64,000 nucleotides of DNA from an uncultured Armatimonadetes bacterium (GTDB lineage: Bacteria; Armatimonadota; Hebobacteria; Hebobacterales; Hebobacteraceae). The first letter of the stretch is position 1; each line of letters starts with the position of its first letter. Of the stretch, positions 20,379 to 29,303 are shown piece by piece. The notes below the pieces were generated by a model, which saw only the letters and a list, made by a program, of their open reading frames with translations, was not told the DNA's origin and did no database searches. The stretch lies in contig OY970296.1 in the NCBI GenBank assembly GCA_963716175.1, forward strand, positions 3,904,001 to 3,968,000, read 5' to 3'. The position numbers were made by a program, and so were the translations under genes.

Positions 20379-21344
20379 CTACGCGGTTCTGGCCAGAGTC
20401 ATCCAGGTATACTTGGGCTGGAACCCGAGGGCACGGTGATAGAGGTTCCAGGCCGCCTGATTGTCCCGGTAGACGTGGAGATGGGCCGCCTCCGCGCCGT
20501 CCGCCCGCGCAGCTTCCAGCGCCAGGATCATGATCAGCTTCCCCAGGCCCAGGCCCCGCCAGGTCTTAGCCACCTGCACCCCGGTGATGCCGTAGAGCCG
20601 CCGCCGGTAGGCGCGAGCGTATTCCGGCCATAGCCCGTACGCGGCAGTGGCGATAGTGTCGAGACCCCAGGCCAGATCCACCACTTGTCGCGGAGGAAAG
20701 AACGCAGAGGTGACCTCCCGCCAGCGGACCCGAAGGTCAATGCCGCGGTGGCGCTGCCGGAGCCGAGTCGCCTCCTGGCGGAGCAGCTCAAGGTGGCCGC
20801 GATCGGATAGGTCCAGCTCGGGAGTGGCGTAGTGAGCGATGGGCGCAAAGCCTCGCTCGGCCGCGACCTCTAGCAGGTCGCTCCGGGTGGCGGACAGGCC
20901 GGGCATCTCGTACCCGCCGGCGATGCCGTTGTAGAAGGGCTGGGTGGCCTGCACCCAGCTTGGGGAGAGCAGCACGCGGCGAGCGCCGGCCTGAGAGAGG
21001 CGCTCGATCGCGGTGTCGAGGAGCAAAGATAGCAGGGCACGATCAGAGGGCGGGGCCACCAAGGCCCAGATCTGCCCCTCGGAGCGGTTGGCCTGCCGCT
21101 CGCCCAGGGTGAACCAGAAGTTGGTCATGGGTCCGAAGTGGACGAAGCCGACAACACGCTCTCCCTCCACCGCTGCCACTAGGCACCCCGGGTCGAAGGA
21201 GGGCTGACGGATCACCCGGGCCTGGAGGTCCTCCCCTGTCAGCGGGATGAAGTTGGGCCCGCCGGCGAAGGTCTGGTTCCAGACCCCAACCAGGCCCTCC
21301 AGGTGGGTCGAGTGATAAGTGCGCAGGGCTATCACGCCGATCAT
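20379..21344 (-). CDS. Tandem GNAT N-acetyltransferase
   Basis: VAKTWRGLGLGK motif A, NQAAWNLY..LGF. Confidence 0.8.
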   Translation of the reverse strand: MIGVIALRTYHSTHLEGLVGVWNQTFAGGPNFIPLTGEDLQARVIRQPSFDPGCLVAAVEGERVVGFVHFGPMTNFWFTLGERQANRSEGQIWALVAPPSDRALLSLLLDTAIERLSQAGARRVLLSPSWVQATQPFYNGIAGGYEMPGLSATRSDLLEVAAERGFAPIAHYATPELDLSDRGHLELLRQEATRLRQRHRGIDLRVRWREVTSAFFPPRQVVDLAWGLDTIATAAYGLWPEYARAYRRRLYGITGVQVAKTWRGLGLGKLIMILALEAARADGAEAAHLHVYRDNQAAWNLYHRALGFQPKYTWMTLARTA

Positions 21345-21395
21345 CAACTCCGCGGGTGGAATGTGGGCGATGCCATTCGCTGAGGCGGGGCGCGG

Positions 21396-21420
21396 TCCCT
21401 TCGGCTCCGCTCAGGGCGGG
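21396..21420 (-). repeat. Short repeat (CCCTGAGCGGAGCCGAAGGGA family)
   Basis: Similar to 7627-7650 and 9629-9652. Confidence 0.55.
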
Positions 21421-21429
21421 TCGGCTGGC

Positions 21430-21458
21430 TTGACAGGGCCCAGAAGATGCCATAACCT
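21430..21458 (+). promoter_or_regulatory. Putative sigma70 promoter
   Basis: TTGACA-17-TAACCT. Confidence 0.5.
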
Positions 21459-21467
21459 AGAAATCTG

Positions 21468-22817
21468 ATGTCGTCGCATTCCCGGCGCATAAGGACCCAT
21501 AGCTTGAGACGCTGCCTCATGGTGGCGCTGTCCCTGGCCCTGCTCCTCCCCTTGCCCTCCGGCCTGGCAAGGGCCGCGGCCGGGCCCGATGAGGTGACAC
21601 TGGGGAAACAGGTGGTGGCCGAGGTGCGCCCCCTGGGTCTAACCACGGATGCCTCCCTCAGCGCGCTCGGCAAAAGGCTTACGGGAGTGGTCAAGCGGAG
21701 GGAACTGCCGTGGCGGTTCTGGGTGGTGGAGGACATGAAGGAGTATAACGCGTTTGCGGCCCCCGGGGGCTTCGTCTTCATCACCCGCTCCTACTACGAG
21801 AAGCTGAATGACGATGAGACCGCCTTCGTGCTGGGCCACGAGATGGCCCACATTGACCTGCGCCACTACGAGAAGCAGATGAGCCGGGAGAGGCGAGCCA
21901 ACCTGGGTAACCTGGCGCTCAAGATTCTGACCGGCGGCTCCCAGGGCTGGGGGACGGCGGCGGACCTGGGGGCGACGGCCTACGTCACTCACTACAGCCG
22001 GGTGCTCGAGCGAGAGGCGGACTTCACGGGGTACCGGTACGCGGAAGCGGCCGGATATGACGCCAACGCCGCGGTGAGCGCGTTGAGCAAGCTGGGGAAG
22101 GAGCCGGGCTTGCACCCGTGGATCACCAACATCTACGCCACCCACCCCATCCTGTCCAGCCGCGAGGATCAACTCGCAGCTCTGGGAGGCAAGGAGCCCG
22201 AGCAGATCGAGAAGCGGCCAGCCGCGGCCAGCCACAAGCGGGATCTCACCGCGGGGCTGGCGCCTTTCGACCCACCGCGGCCCATCGCGGTGCGGATTCT
22301 GGGAGCGGACGGCAAGCGCTGGGAGAATCGCTGGCGGAAGAGCTTCACGCATCAGCTCCACGTTCACCTGCTTCCTCTCGGTTTCAAGATCGCGGGAGAC
22401 GATCTCATGTACAGGCCCGACATCGGCAACCCGGTGGCAGCGGCGAGAAGCCGGCAGGCATCTTACCTCCTGCTGGTGACGGTGAACGAGATGAAGAGCG
22501 ACGCCAAGGGGACGGAGGGACCGGCCGGCACACCGGTGCAAGCAAGGGTGGAGGTGGGGGCGAAGCTGGTGGAGGTGGCCACCGGCGAACAGATTGGCGG
22601 CGAGCCGCGATTCGCGGATGGGAAGCAGGGGGTGGATGTGCTGCCGGCCGACCCGGATGCCCTGTACGCGGACACGGCGGTGGGAGAGCTGGCAGACGCG
22701 GCGGCCGGGCGGATCGCGGTGGCCTGTGCCAGATCCCTGGGCGCGAAGCCGGCGCCGCCCGAGGCGGCAAAGGCCCCAGCATCGGACGACAAGGCGGGCG
22801 CGAGCAATCCGAAGTGA
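21468..22817 (+). CDS. Exported M48 family zinc metalloprotease with an extra C-terminal domain
   Basis: NAFAAPGG, HEMAH, EREAD, THP; start may be 21504 or 21519. Confidence 0.88.
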   Translation: MSSHSRRIRTHSLRRCLMVALSLALLLPLPSGLARAAAGPDEVTLGKQVVAEVRPLGLTTDASLSALGKRLTGVVKRRELPWRFWVVEDMKEYNAFAAPGGFVFITRSYYEKLNDDETAFVLGHEMAHIDLRHYEKQMSRERRANLGNLALKILTGGSQGWGTAADLGATAYVTHYSRVLEREADFTGYRYAEAAGYDANAAVSALSKLGKEPGLHPWITNIYATHPILSSREDQLAALGGKEPEQIEKRPAAASHKRDLTAGLAPFDPPRPIAVRILGADGKRWENRWRKSFTHQLHVHLLPLGFKIAGDDLMYRPDIGNPVAAARSRQASYLLLVTVNEMKSDAKGTEGPAGTPVQARVEVGAKLVEVATGEQIGGEPRFADGKQGVDVLPADPDALYADTAVGELADAAAGRIAVACARSLGAKPAPPEAAKAPASDDKAGASNPK

Positions 22818-22933
22818 CGGGCCGAGAACGGGTCCGCTGCCCGACCCCCTGACGTTCCCTCTGGTCTCTGCCGCGTCTGCGTCGGCGAGGAGTTCATTCA
22901 GTCACGCAGAACCTGTCGCTTCACCACATCAAC

Positions 22934-22965
22934 GGGTTTCGCTGGATGAAGTAAGGGCGAAACCC
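22934..22965 (+). repeat. Hairpin of the TTCGC-GAAGTA-GCGAA family
   Basis: GGGTTTCGC-tggatgaagtaagg-GCGAAACCC. Confidence 0.6.
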
Positions 22966-23046
22966 CTCAGGGCGCCTCCGAGACTGCACCAGAGGCCCTG
23001 CGCACATCGCTCTGATATGCGCAGAGCGGTCGGAGAAAGGAACGGC

Positions 23047-24072
23047 ATGGCCAAGAAACGTTTCGCGCTGATCGGGGCCGGCGTGTTCGGGGAGATGCAC
23101 GCCAGGGCCTACAGCAGTTACCCCGGGGTCGAGTTCGCGGTCGTCTGCGACCTGAACCGGGACCGGGCGAAGGCAATCGCGTCGAAGTACGGGGCCGGGC
23201 GGTTCTGCACCGACTGGCGCGAGGTGGCGCTGGACGCCGGGATTGATGCCGCCTCCGTGGCCACGCCTGATTTCGCGCATACCGAAATCGCGGTGGCGTT
23301 GGCGCGAGCCGGCAAGCACCTCCTGGTGGAGAAGCCGATGGCCACCACCGTGCCCGAGTGCGAGCAGATCCTGGCGGCGGCGAAGGAAGGACGGGTCAAG
23401 CTGATGGTGGATTTCCACAACCGATGGAACCCACCATTGTACGAAGCCCACCGCATGCTGCGGGCCGGAGAGCTGGGGTCGCCGCGGTTCATCTCGTTTC
23501 GACTGAGCGATACTACCTACGTGCCGCGGGAGATGATCGGCTGGGCCGACCGGTCCTCGGTGCTGTGGTTTCTGGGCAGCCACGCCATTGACATGGTGTG
23601 CTGGCTGGTGGGCGAGTGGCCCCACCGGGTGTACAGCGTCTCGCGCCGCACCACGCTGAAGGAACAGGGAGTTGACACGCCTGACTTCTTCCAGAGCACC
23701 CTGGAGTTCCCGGGCGGAGCGGTGGCCTCGATCGAGAACTCCTGGCTGCTGCCCCCCACCGCCCCCACTGTGTTCGACATGAAGTGCCAGGTTCAGGGGT
23801 CGGAGGGAACTGTGTTCATTGACGCCTCCTCCAATCGCACCATGGCGGTGGAGGGGAAGCAGAGATACTCCTACCTGGAGGTGGCGGGAGCGCCCAACCT
23901 GTACGGGAAGCAGCGAGGCTTCCTGGTGGAGAGCATCCTGCACTTCGCGGACTGCGTGCTGCACGATCAAGAGCCGCTCGTGCCTGGAGAGGTGGGCCTG
24001 GAGGTGACCCGGGTGGCGTGCGCAATAGAGGAGTCCGCCCGGATCGGGCAGCCGGTGGAGGTAAAGCGGTGA
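23047..24072 (+). CDS. Gfo/Idh/MocA family oxidoreductase
   Basis: LIGAGVFG, LVEKP; SD GAAAGGA. Confidence 0.9.
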   Translation: MAKKRFALIGAGVFGEMHARAYSSYPGVEFAVVCDLNRDRAKAIASKYGAGRFCTDWREVALDAGIDAASVATPDFAHTEIAVALARAGKHLLVEKPMATTVPECEQILAAAKEGRVKLMVDFHNRWNPPLYEAHRMLRAGELGSPRFISFRLSDTTYVPREMIGWADRSSVLWFLGSHAIDMVCWLVGEWPHRVYSVSRRTTLKEQGVDTPDFFQSTLEFPGGAVASIENSWLLPPTAPTVFDMKCQVQGSEGTVFIDASSNRTMAVEGKQRYSYLEVAGAPNLYGKQRGFLVESILHFADCVLHDQEPLVPGEVGLEVTRVACAIEESARIGQPVEVKR

Positions 24073-24761
24073 GCAGGACCGCGCCAGAGCGGGCCAAGAT
24101 CAAGGTCTCCAGCCGGGGCCGCAACAAACGGGTCTATGCGGAGGTTGGCGGAAAGGATGTCAGCCATTTCCACATCCTCCCGAGGCGAGTCCGGGTGGGG
24201 CCAGCAGCGGAAGTGGTGATGGCCGGGATCGGAGGCGTGGGCACAGAACGCCAGTTTCGCAGGAGGGGATTGGCGCGCCAGGTCTGCCGCCGCGCGATGG
24301 AGGAGATCACCAGAGACGGTTACTCCTGCGCGGGCCTGTTCACGGGAACGGGCATCGTTGCCCATCGCCTCTATCGGCGGTTCGGATATGTGGACATCGC
24401 TGTCCATAGGCACGCGATGAAGCTGCTGAATCCCCAGGCGGTGGTGCGCAAGGCCTTCTCTCTCCTGGCTGAGAGCAAAGAGATCGCCGATTGGCGAGGG
24501 AGAGTGAGAGTTGATCTGCACGGCTACCCGCCGGTCTACCTGCACTTCGCGCGAGGAGAGGTGAGAGCCTCCCCGCGACGCTTGAGGCAAGTGGATCTGG
24601 CCCTCACTCTGTCCCACACCACCCTGCGTCTGCTGAGCTGGGGAGGCATGACGCTCGAGTATGCGGAGGCCGCGAACCTGCTGCACTGGAGCGGCGACGG
24701 CGAGGCCTGGCAGAGGTGGCTGCGGGCAGCGTCGAGCGCGCGCGGCAGGTTCCACGAGTGA
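24069..24761 (+). CDS. GNAT acetyltransferase with SCP2-like tail (Eis-like)
   Basis: GIGGVGT..FRRRGLAR, LYRRFGY; GTGA overlap. Confidence 0.78.
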   Translation: MSRTAPERAKIKVSSRGRNKRVYAEVGGKDVSHFHILPRRVRVGPAAEVVMAGIGGVGTERQFRRRGLARQVCRRAMEEITRDGYSCAGLFTGTGIVAHRLYRRFGYVDIAVHRHAMKLLNPQAVVRKAFSLLAESKEIADWRGRVRVDLHGYPPVYLHFARGEVRASPRRLRQVDLALTLSHTTLRLLSWGGMTLEYAEAANLLHWSGDGEAWQRWLRAASSARGRFHE

Positions 24762-25705
24762 TGCGGACCATGCCGGCCACCAGGAAACGGCCTCCGGGCG
24801 CAGGTGTTGCCTCGCAACTCACGCATCGTAGGGCAGGTCCGCGACCTGCCCTGCTCAACGTCCGCATCCGCAGCTTCCGACAGGGCGATGAGGAAGCGAT
24901 CGCGGCGCTGTTCAACCAGTATGTAGCCCAGTCTGTGGGGCCGTCACTGGTGACGCCGCGGTCCTGGCGGGACCAGTACCGGCATCACGGGTGGAGCGGC
25001 CCTTCGCTCGATGCGGATAGAGACTGCGTACGCGTGGCCTTGCGCGGGGGCGAGATCATCGGATACCTGGTGGTGGATTTCGAGTACATCTGGGATTCGG
25101 ATGTGGCAGTGGTACAGGAGCTGTGTATCGCCGAGGGGGAGCAGGCGGACGAACTCGCCCGGCAACTGCTGGAGGATGCGGAACGGCAGGCCGGCTCCCG
25201 GGGCAAGCACGTGTTGATGCTCGCGCTGTCCAACGAAGACGGCCACGCGCTGCGGGCAGCTGCGGCCCTCGGCTTCGACGGGTCGGAGGACGGCGGAGAC
25301 GTGTTCATGGCCGCGATCACCAATCTGGCCGCATTCCTGCGGCAAATCGCGCCGGAGCTGACGCGGCGGATGCAGGCGAGCCGCTTCCGCGCTTGGCGAG
25401 GGACCATCCACCTCCGCAGCGGCGAGATGGAGGCCGGCCTCCGGCTGCAGGAGGGAGCAGTGGAGGCGGTTCGGGTGAGAGGGACGGCGGACCTGTCGGC
25501 GAGCATCCACCCAGAGGCCCTGCCCTCGCTGCTGTTCGGGCAGCTGTCAGTGGCCCGGGCCTTCCTGCAAGATCGGCTTTCGGTGAGCCAGAGCGAGGGC
25601 AGCGAGCAAGCTGCCCAACACGCCAATCGCACCCAGGCCTTGCAGCTACTGGACGCGCTCTTCCCCAGAGTGCCGCTCTACATGCCGCGGGCGCAGTGGT
25701 GGTGA
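24761..25705 (+). CDS. GNAT + SCP2-like protein (Eis-like)
   Basis: TGATG overlap; IRSFRQGDEEAI, GYLVV and an Eis-like C-terminus. Confidence 0.7.
   Translation: MRTMPATRKRPPGAGVASQLTHRRAGPRPALLNVRIRSFRQGDEEAIAALFNQYVAQSVGPSLVTPRSWRDQYRHHGWSGPSLDADRDCVRVALRGGEIIGYLVVDFEYIWDSDVAVVQELCIAEGEQADELARQLLEDAERQAGSRGKHVLMLALSNEDGHALRAAAALGFDGSEDGGDVFMAAITNLAAFLRQIAPELTRRMQASRFRAWRGTIHLRSGEMEAGLRLQEGAVEAVRVRGTADLSASIHPEALPSLLFGQLSVARAFLQDRLSVSQSEGSEQAAQHANRTQALQLLDALFPRVPLYMPRAQWW
24828..24854. repeat. GTAG-type REP within the 5' coding region
   Basis: GTAGGGCAGGTCCGCGACCTGCCCTGC. Confidence 0.75.
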
Positions 25706-25819
25706 GGTCAGGCGGACCGGCCTGTAGGGCGGGTATCCGGCCGCCGACGATTGCGCGGAGGTTCCCCCGTACCGGAGTTGCTCCTTACCAAGCGTGAACT
25801 CATAGCACGGGCCTCCGGC

Positions 25820-25849
25820 TTGACTTCAGGCAGTCGCGAATCGTACAAT
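25820..25849 (+). promoter_or_regulatory. Putative sigma70 promoter for the efp operon
   Basis: TTGACT-18-TACAAT. Confidence 0.55.
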
Positions 25850-25867
25850 CGGGAGGCAACAGAGGCT

Positions 25868-25926
25868 GCAGGGCGGGCGTACCCACGCCCGCCAGTGGCG
25901 GGCATGTCTCCCCATGCCCGTCCTAC
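25868..25926. repeat. 59-bp REPIN-like element in the efp leader
   Basis: GGCGGGCGTACCCACGCCCGCC...CATGCCCGTCCTAC; paralog at 26527. Confidence 0.75.
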
Positions 25927-25940
25927 AATGAGGAGTGACG

Positions 25941-26501
25941 GTGGCGATCAGCACGGGCGACTTCCGCACCGGTCTCACCATCGAGACCGACGGCGGGATC
26001 TTCCAGATCATCGAGTTTCAGCACGTCAAGCCAGGCAAAGGCGGGGCGTTCGTGCGCACCAGGCTGCGCAACCTTCGCACTGGGGCCGTGGTAGATAAGA
26101 CCTTCCGGGCAGGCGAGCGCATGGAGCCGGCGGTGATCGAGCGGCGGCCCATGCAGTTTCTCTACCGGGCCGGAGATGACTACGTGTTCATGGACACTGA
26201 GTCCTTCGACCAGATCAGCCTGTCGTCGCAGGTGGTAGGGGAAGGGGTGAGGTATCTCAAGCCCGACACCCAAGTGCTGGTGATGAGGTTCGAGGATGAG
26301 GTGTTGGGGGTGGAGCTGCCCAACACCATGGATCTGGTGGTGGCCCAGACGGACCCGGGCCTCCGAGGCGATACCGCCACCGGCGGCAGCAAGCCGGCCA
26401 CCCTGGAGACCGGGGCGGTGGTGAACGTCCCACTCTTCGTCAACCAAGGCGACGCGGTGCGCATTGACACGCGGACGGGCAAGTACCTGGAGCGGGCCTA
26501 G
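25941..26501 (+). CDS. efp: Translation elongation factor P
   Basis: [29 protein letters not shown]; SD AGGAG. Confidence 0.97.
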   Translation: MAISTGDFRTGLTIETDGGIFQIIEFQHVKPGKGGAFVRTRLRNLRTGAVVDKTFRAGERMEPAVIERRPMQFLYRAGDDYVFMDTESFDQISLSSQVVGEGVRYLKPDTQVLVMRFEDEVLGVELPNTMDLVVAQTDPGLRGDTATGGSKPATLETGAVVNVPLFVNQGDAVRIDTRTGKYLERA

Positions 26502-26526
26502 GGGTTTGTCCGAAGGAGGCGCCACT

Positions 26527-26585
26527 GGAGGGCGGGCGTACCCACGCCCGCCAGCCGCGGGTATGCAGACGCATGCCCGCCCTGC
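26527..26585. repeat. 59-bp REPIN-like element between efp and accB
   Basis: Near-identical to 25868-25926. Confidence 0.75.
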
Positions 26586-26603
26586 AAGGCGAGGGAGGCA
26601 AGC

Positions 26604-27088
26604 ATGGACCTGGAGCAGATCGAGGAGCTGGTCGAACTCATGCGCCGGTCGGGCGTGACCGAACTCTCCCTGGAGCTGCCCGACTACAAGATCAGCATCA
26701 AGCGCGGCGCGGAGGGGGAGAGCATCACGGCGTCGCCGGCGGCCGATGTTGCAGCCAGGCCGGGCGAGCACGAGCAGGCGCGGGAGGAGGCAGAGCTGGC
26801 CGAGGCCTTGCCGGTGGTGTCGCCGGTGGTGGGAGTGTTTCATAACGGCGGCATGGCAGGGCCGCGAGAGCTGGTGAAGGAAGGGGACCGGGTGGAGAGG
26901 GGCCAACTGCTGGCGGCGATCGAGGCCATGAAGGTCCCCAATGAGCTGCGGGCCCCAGTCAGCGGGCTGGTCTGGCGACTGCTGGTGCAAGATGGGGCGG
27001 CGGTGGAGTATGGCCAGACCCTATTCCTGATCCATCCCGAAGAGGGGGGGAAGCCAATGAAGGCGAGTCCCTGCTGGGTCTGGCGTAG
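26604..27088 (+). CDS. accB: Biotin carboxyl carrier protein (true stop probably 27088; the G7 run appears one G short)
   Basis: IEAMKVPNE biotin lysine, VEYGQTLF; upstream of accC. Confidence 0.85.
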
Positions 27089-27452
27089 CTCGGAGCGGGG
27101 CTTCCTGACGCTCATCGCGCTGCTGGTGGTAATAGTCATCATCGGCATTCTCTTCGCCACCCAGATGGGAGGTCCAGGGGGCGGCCGCAGCTCCATTCCC
27201 GGCGAGCCGGCCAGCACGCTGGGTGGCGCGGTGAGCCGGGCCGACGCCACCGTATGCCGGAATAACCTATCGCAACTGCGCGCCGCGATTGCCCTCTACC
27301 AGGCGAACAACGGCAGCTTCCCGCCCTCCCTGGAAGCGCTGCAGTCGAACCTGTCCGTGGCCGTCACCTGCCCGGTGGGCGGCGAACCCTATGACTACGA
27401 CCCGACCACGGGCGCGGTGCACTGCGTGCACCCGGGCCATGAGGGCTTCTGA
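27057..27452 (+). CDS. Pilin/pseudopilin-like small protein
   Basis: ERG|FLTLIALLVVIVIIGIL, CRNNLSQL..A..LY, CPVGG.Y.YD; G-rich SD before ATG 27057. Confidence 0.7.
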   Translation: MKASPCWVWRSSERGFLTLIALLVVIVIIGILFATQMGGPGGGRSSIPGEPASTLGGAVSRADATVCRNNLSQLRAAIALYQANNGSFPPSLEALQSNLSVAVTCPVGGEPYDYDPTTGAVHCVHPGHEGF

Positions 27453-27467
27453 GCCGGTGAGGACGAT

Positions 27468-28817
27468 GTGTTCAAGAAGATCCTGATCGCGAATCGGGCA
27501 GAGATCGCGGTCCGTGTCATCCGCACCTGCCGGGAGCTGGGCATCGCGACGGTGGCGGTCTACTCCGAGGCCGACAGGACCTGCCTGCACGTGCGGCTGG
27601 CCGATGAGGCCGTCTGCATCGGGCCCCCGCCGAACAAAGACAGCTACCTCAGCATCCCGAATCTGATGCAGGCCGCGCTGAACACGGGGGCCGACGCCAT
27701 CCACCCGGGGTATGGCAATCTCTCCGAGGTGGCGGCCTTTGCCGAGAACTGCGAGATCTGCAATATCAGGTTCATCGGCCCCAAGGCCGAGACCATCCGG
27801 CGCATGCAGGACAAGGCCGCGGCCCGCCAGACCATGCGCGAGGCCGGGGTGCCTGTGATTCCGGGCAGCGAAGGCGCCATCCAGAATGAGCAGGAGGCCC
27901 TGCGGACCGCGGCGCGTTTGGGCTACCCGGTGGTGATCAAGGCGGCGATGGGCGGCGGTGGGCGAGGCATCAGGATCGCCCACAATGAGGATCAGCTCAC
28001 GCGGAACCTGAAGCTGGCGCAGTCCGAGGCGCAGGCCGCCTTCGGCCGGGGAGATGTCTACCTCGAGAAGTACCTGGAGGAGCCCCGCCACATCGAGTTC
28101 CAGGTGCTGGCCGACGGCCATGGCAACATCATCCACCTCGGCGAGCGGGACTGCTCGATCCAGACCAACAAGCATCAGAAGCTGCTGGAGGAATCGCCCT
28201 GCTTCGGACTGGGGCACCGCCTCCGCAATCACATGGGTGAGGCCGCCATCCGCGCCGCGAAGGCGGTGGGCTACGTCAATGCCGGCACGGTGGAGTTCAT
28301 GGTGGATCGCTCTGGCCGGTTCTACTTCCTGGAGATGAACACCCGGATTCAGGTCGAGCACCCGGTGACAGAGATGGTCACGGGTCTGGATCTGGTGCGG
28401 GAGCAGATCCGGATCGCCTACGGGCACAAGCTGGGCCGGAGCCAGCGGGACATCGTCTTCCGAGGCCATGCCGTGGAATGCCGGATCACGGCCGAAGATT
28501 ACACCAATCGCTTCCTGGCCTCCGGCGGCTCGGTGGATTCGCTCCATCTTCCCGGTGGGCCCGGGGTGCGAGTTGACACTCATCTCTACCCCGGCTATAT
28601 AGTGCCGCCGTTCTACGATGCCCTGCTCGCCAAGCTGATCGTGTGGGCGCCGACGCGCGCGGAGGCGATCGCCAGGGCCGCCCGGGCGCTGCAGGAACTC
28701 GAGATTGACGGTCTGAAGACGACTATCCCATTCCACCAGCAAGTGCTCGTCAATGCCTACTTCCGCCGGGGGGACATCGCCACCAACTTCGTGCAGCGGC
28801 GGATGGGCGTGACGTGA
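27468..28817 (+). CDS. accC: Acetyl-CoA carboxylase biotin carboxylase subunit
   Basis: KILIANRAEIA, GGGGRG, ERDCSIQ, EMNTRIQVEHP. Confidence 0.96.
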   Translation: MFKKILIANRAEIAVRVIRTCRELGIATVAVYSEADRTCLHVRLADEAVCIGPPPNKDSYLSIPNLMQAALNTGADAIHPGYGNLSEVAAFAENCEICNIRFIGPKAETIRRMQDKAAARQTMREAGVPVIPGSEGAIQNEQEALRTAARLGYPVVIKAAMGGGGRGIRIAHNEDQLTRNLKLAQSEAQAAFGRGDVYLEKYLEEPRHIEFQVLADGHGNIIHLGERDCSIQTNKHQKLLEESPCFGLGHRLRNHMGEAAIRAAKAVGYVNAGTVEFMVDRSGRFYFLEMNTRIQVEHPVTEMVTGLDLVREQIRIAYGHKLGRSQRDIVFRGHAVECRITAEDYTNRFLASGGSVDSLHLPGGPGVRVDTHLYPGYIVPPFYDALLAKLIVWAPTRAEAIARAARALQELEIDGLKTTIPFHQQVLVNAYFRRGDIATNFVQRRMGVT

Positions 28818-28865
28818 CGGCCCTGGGCTGCCGGATAGGCGAACCCGGTCGGGAGGGAGCGCGAG

Positions 28866-29303
28866 GTGGGCAGGCGTAGGAGTGGGCGGCAGCTAGCTCT
28901 GCGCACCCTGTTCCAGATTGATGTGGGGCGGATGCCCGCCGAGGAGGCGATGTCACTCTCGGCGGCCTCCAATCCGGTGGGGGCCGAGACCCAGGCCTTC
29001 GCCCGCCAGCTAGTGGAGGGCGCGGTGGCGCACCGACCTCACATTGATTACCTGATCGGGAAATATGCCCGGGGGTGGACGCTGGAGAGATTAGCCAACG
29101 TAGACCGCAATGTGCTTCGGCTAGCCATCTGCGAGCTGCTCTATCTGCCAGACATCCCGCCCAGCGTGACCGTAGACGAGGCGGTGGAGCTGGCGAAGAA
29201 GTACAGCACAGGCGAATCCGGGCGGTTCGTGAACGGCATCCTCGGCAACCTGGTGCGCCACCTGGAGGAGGAGAAGCAGGAGGCGAGGGAATGCCAGGCG
29301 TGA
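28866..29303 (+). CDS. nusB: Transcription antitermination factor NusB
   Basis: DRNVLRLA, EAVELAKKY, FVNGIL. Confidence 0.95.
   Translation: MGRRRSGRQLALRTLFQIDVGRMPAEEAMSLSAASNPVGAETQAFARQLVEGAVAHRPHIDYLIGKYARGWTLERLANVDRNVLRLAICELLYLPDIPPSVTVDEAVELAKKYSTGESGRFVNGILGNLVRHLEEEKQEARECQA

Noticed and set aside
26604-27452. AccB-pilin fusion protein
   Set aside because: The junction is a G7 run. One extra G gives a normal accB end, and the pilin has its own SD and ATG.
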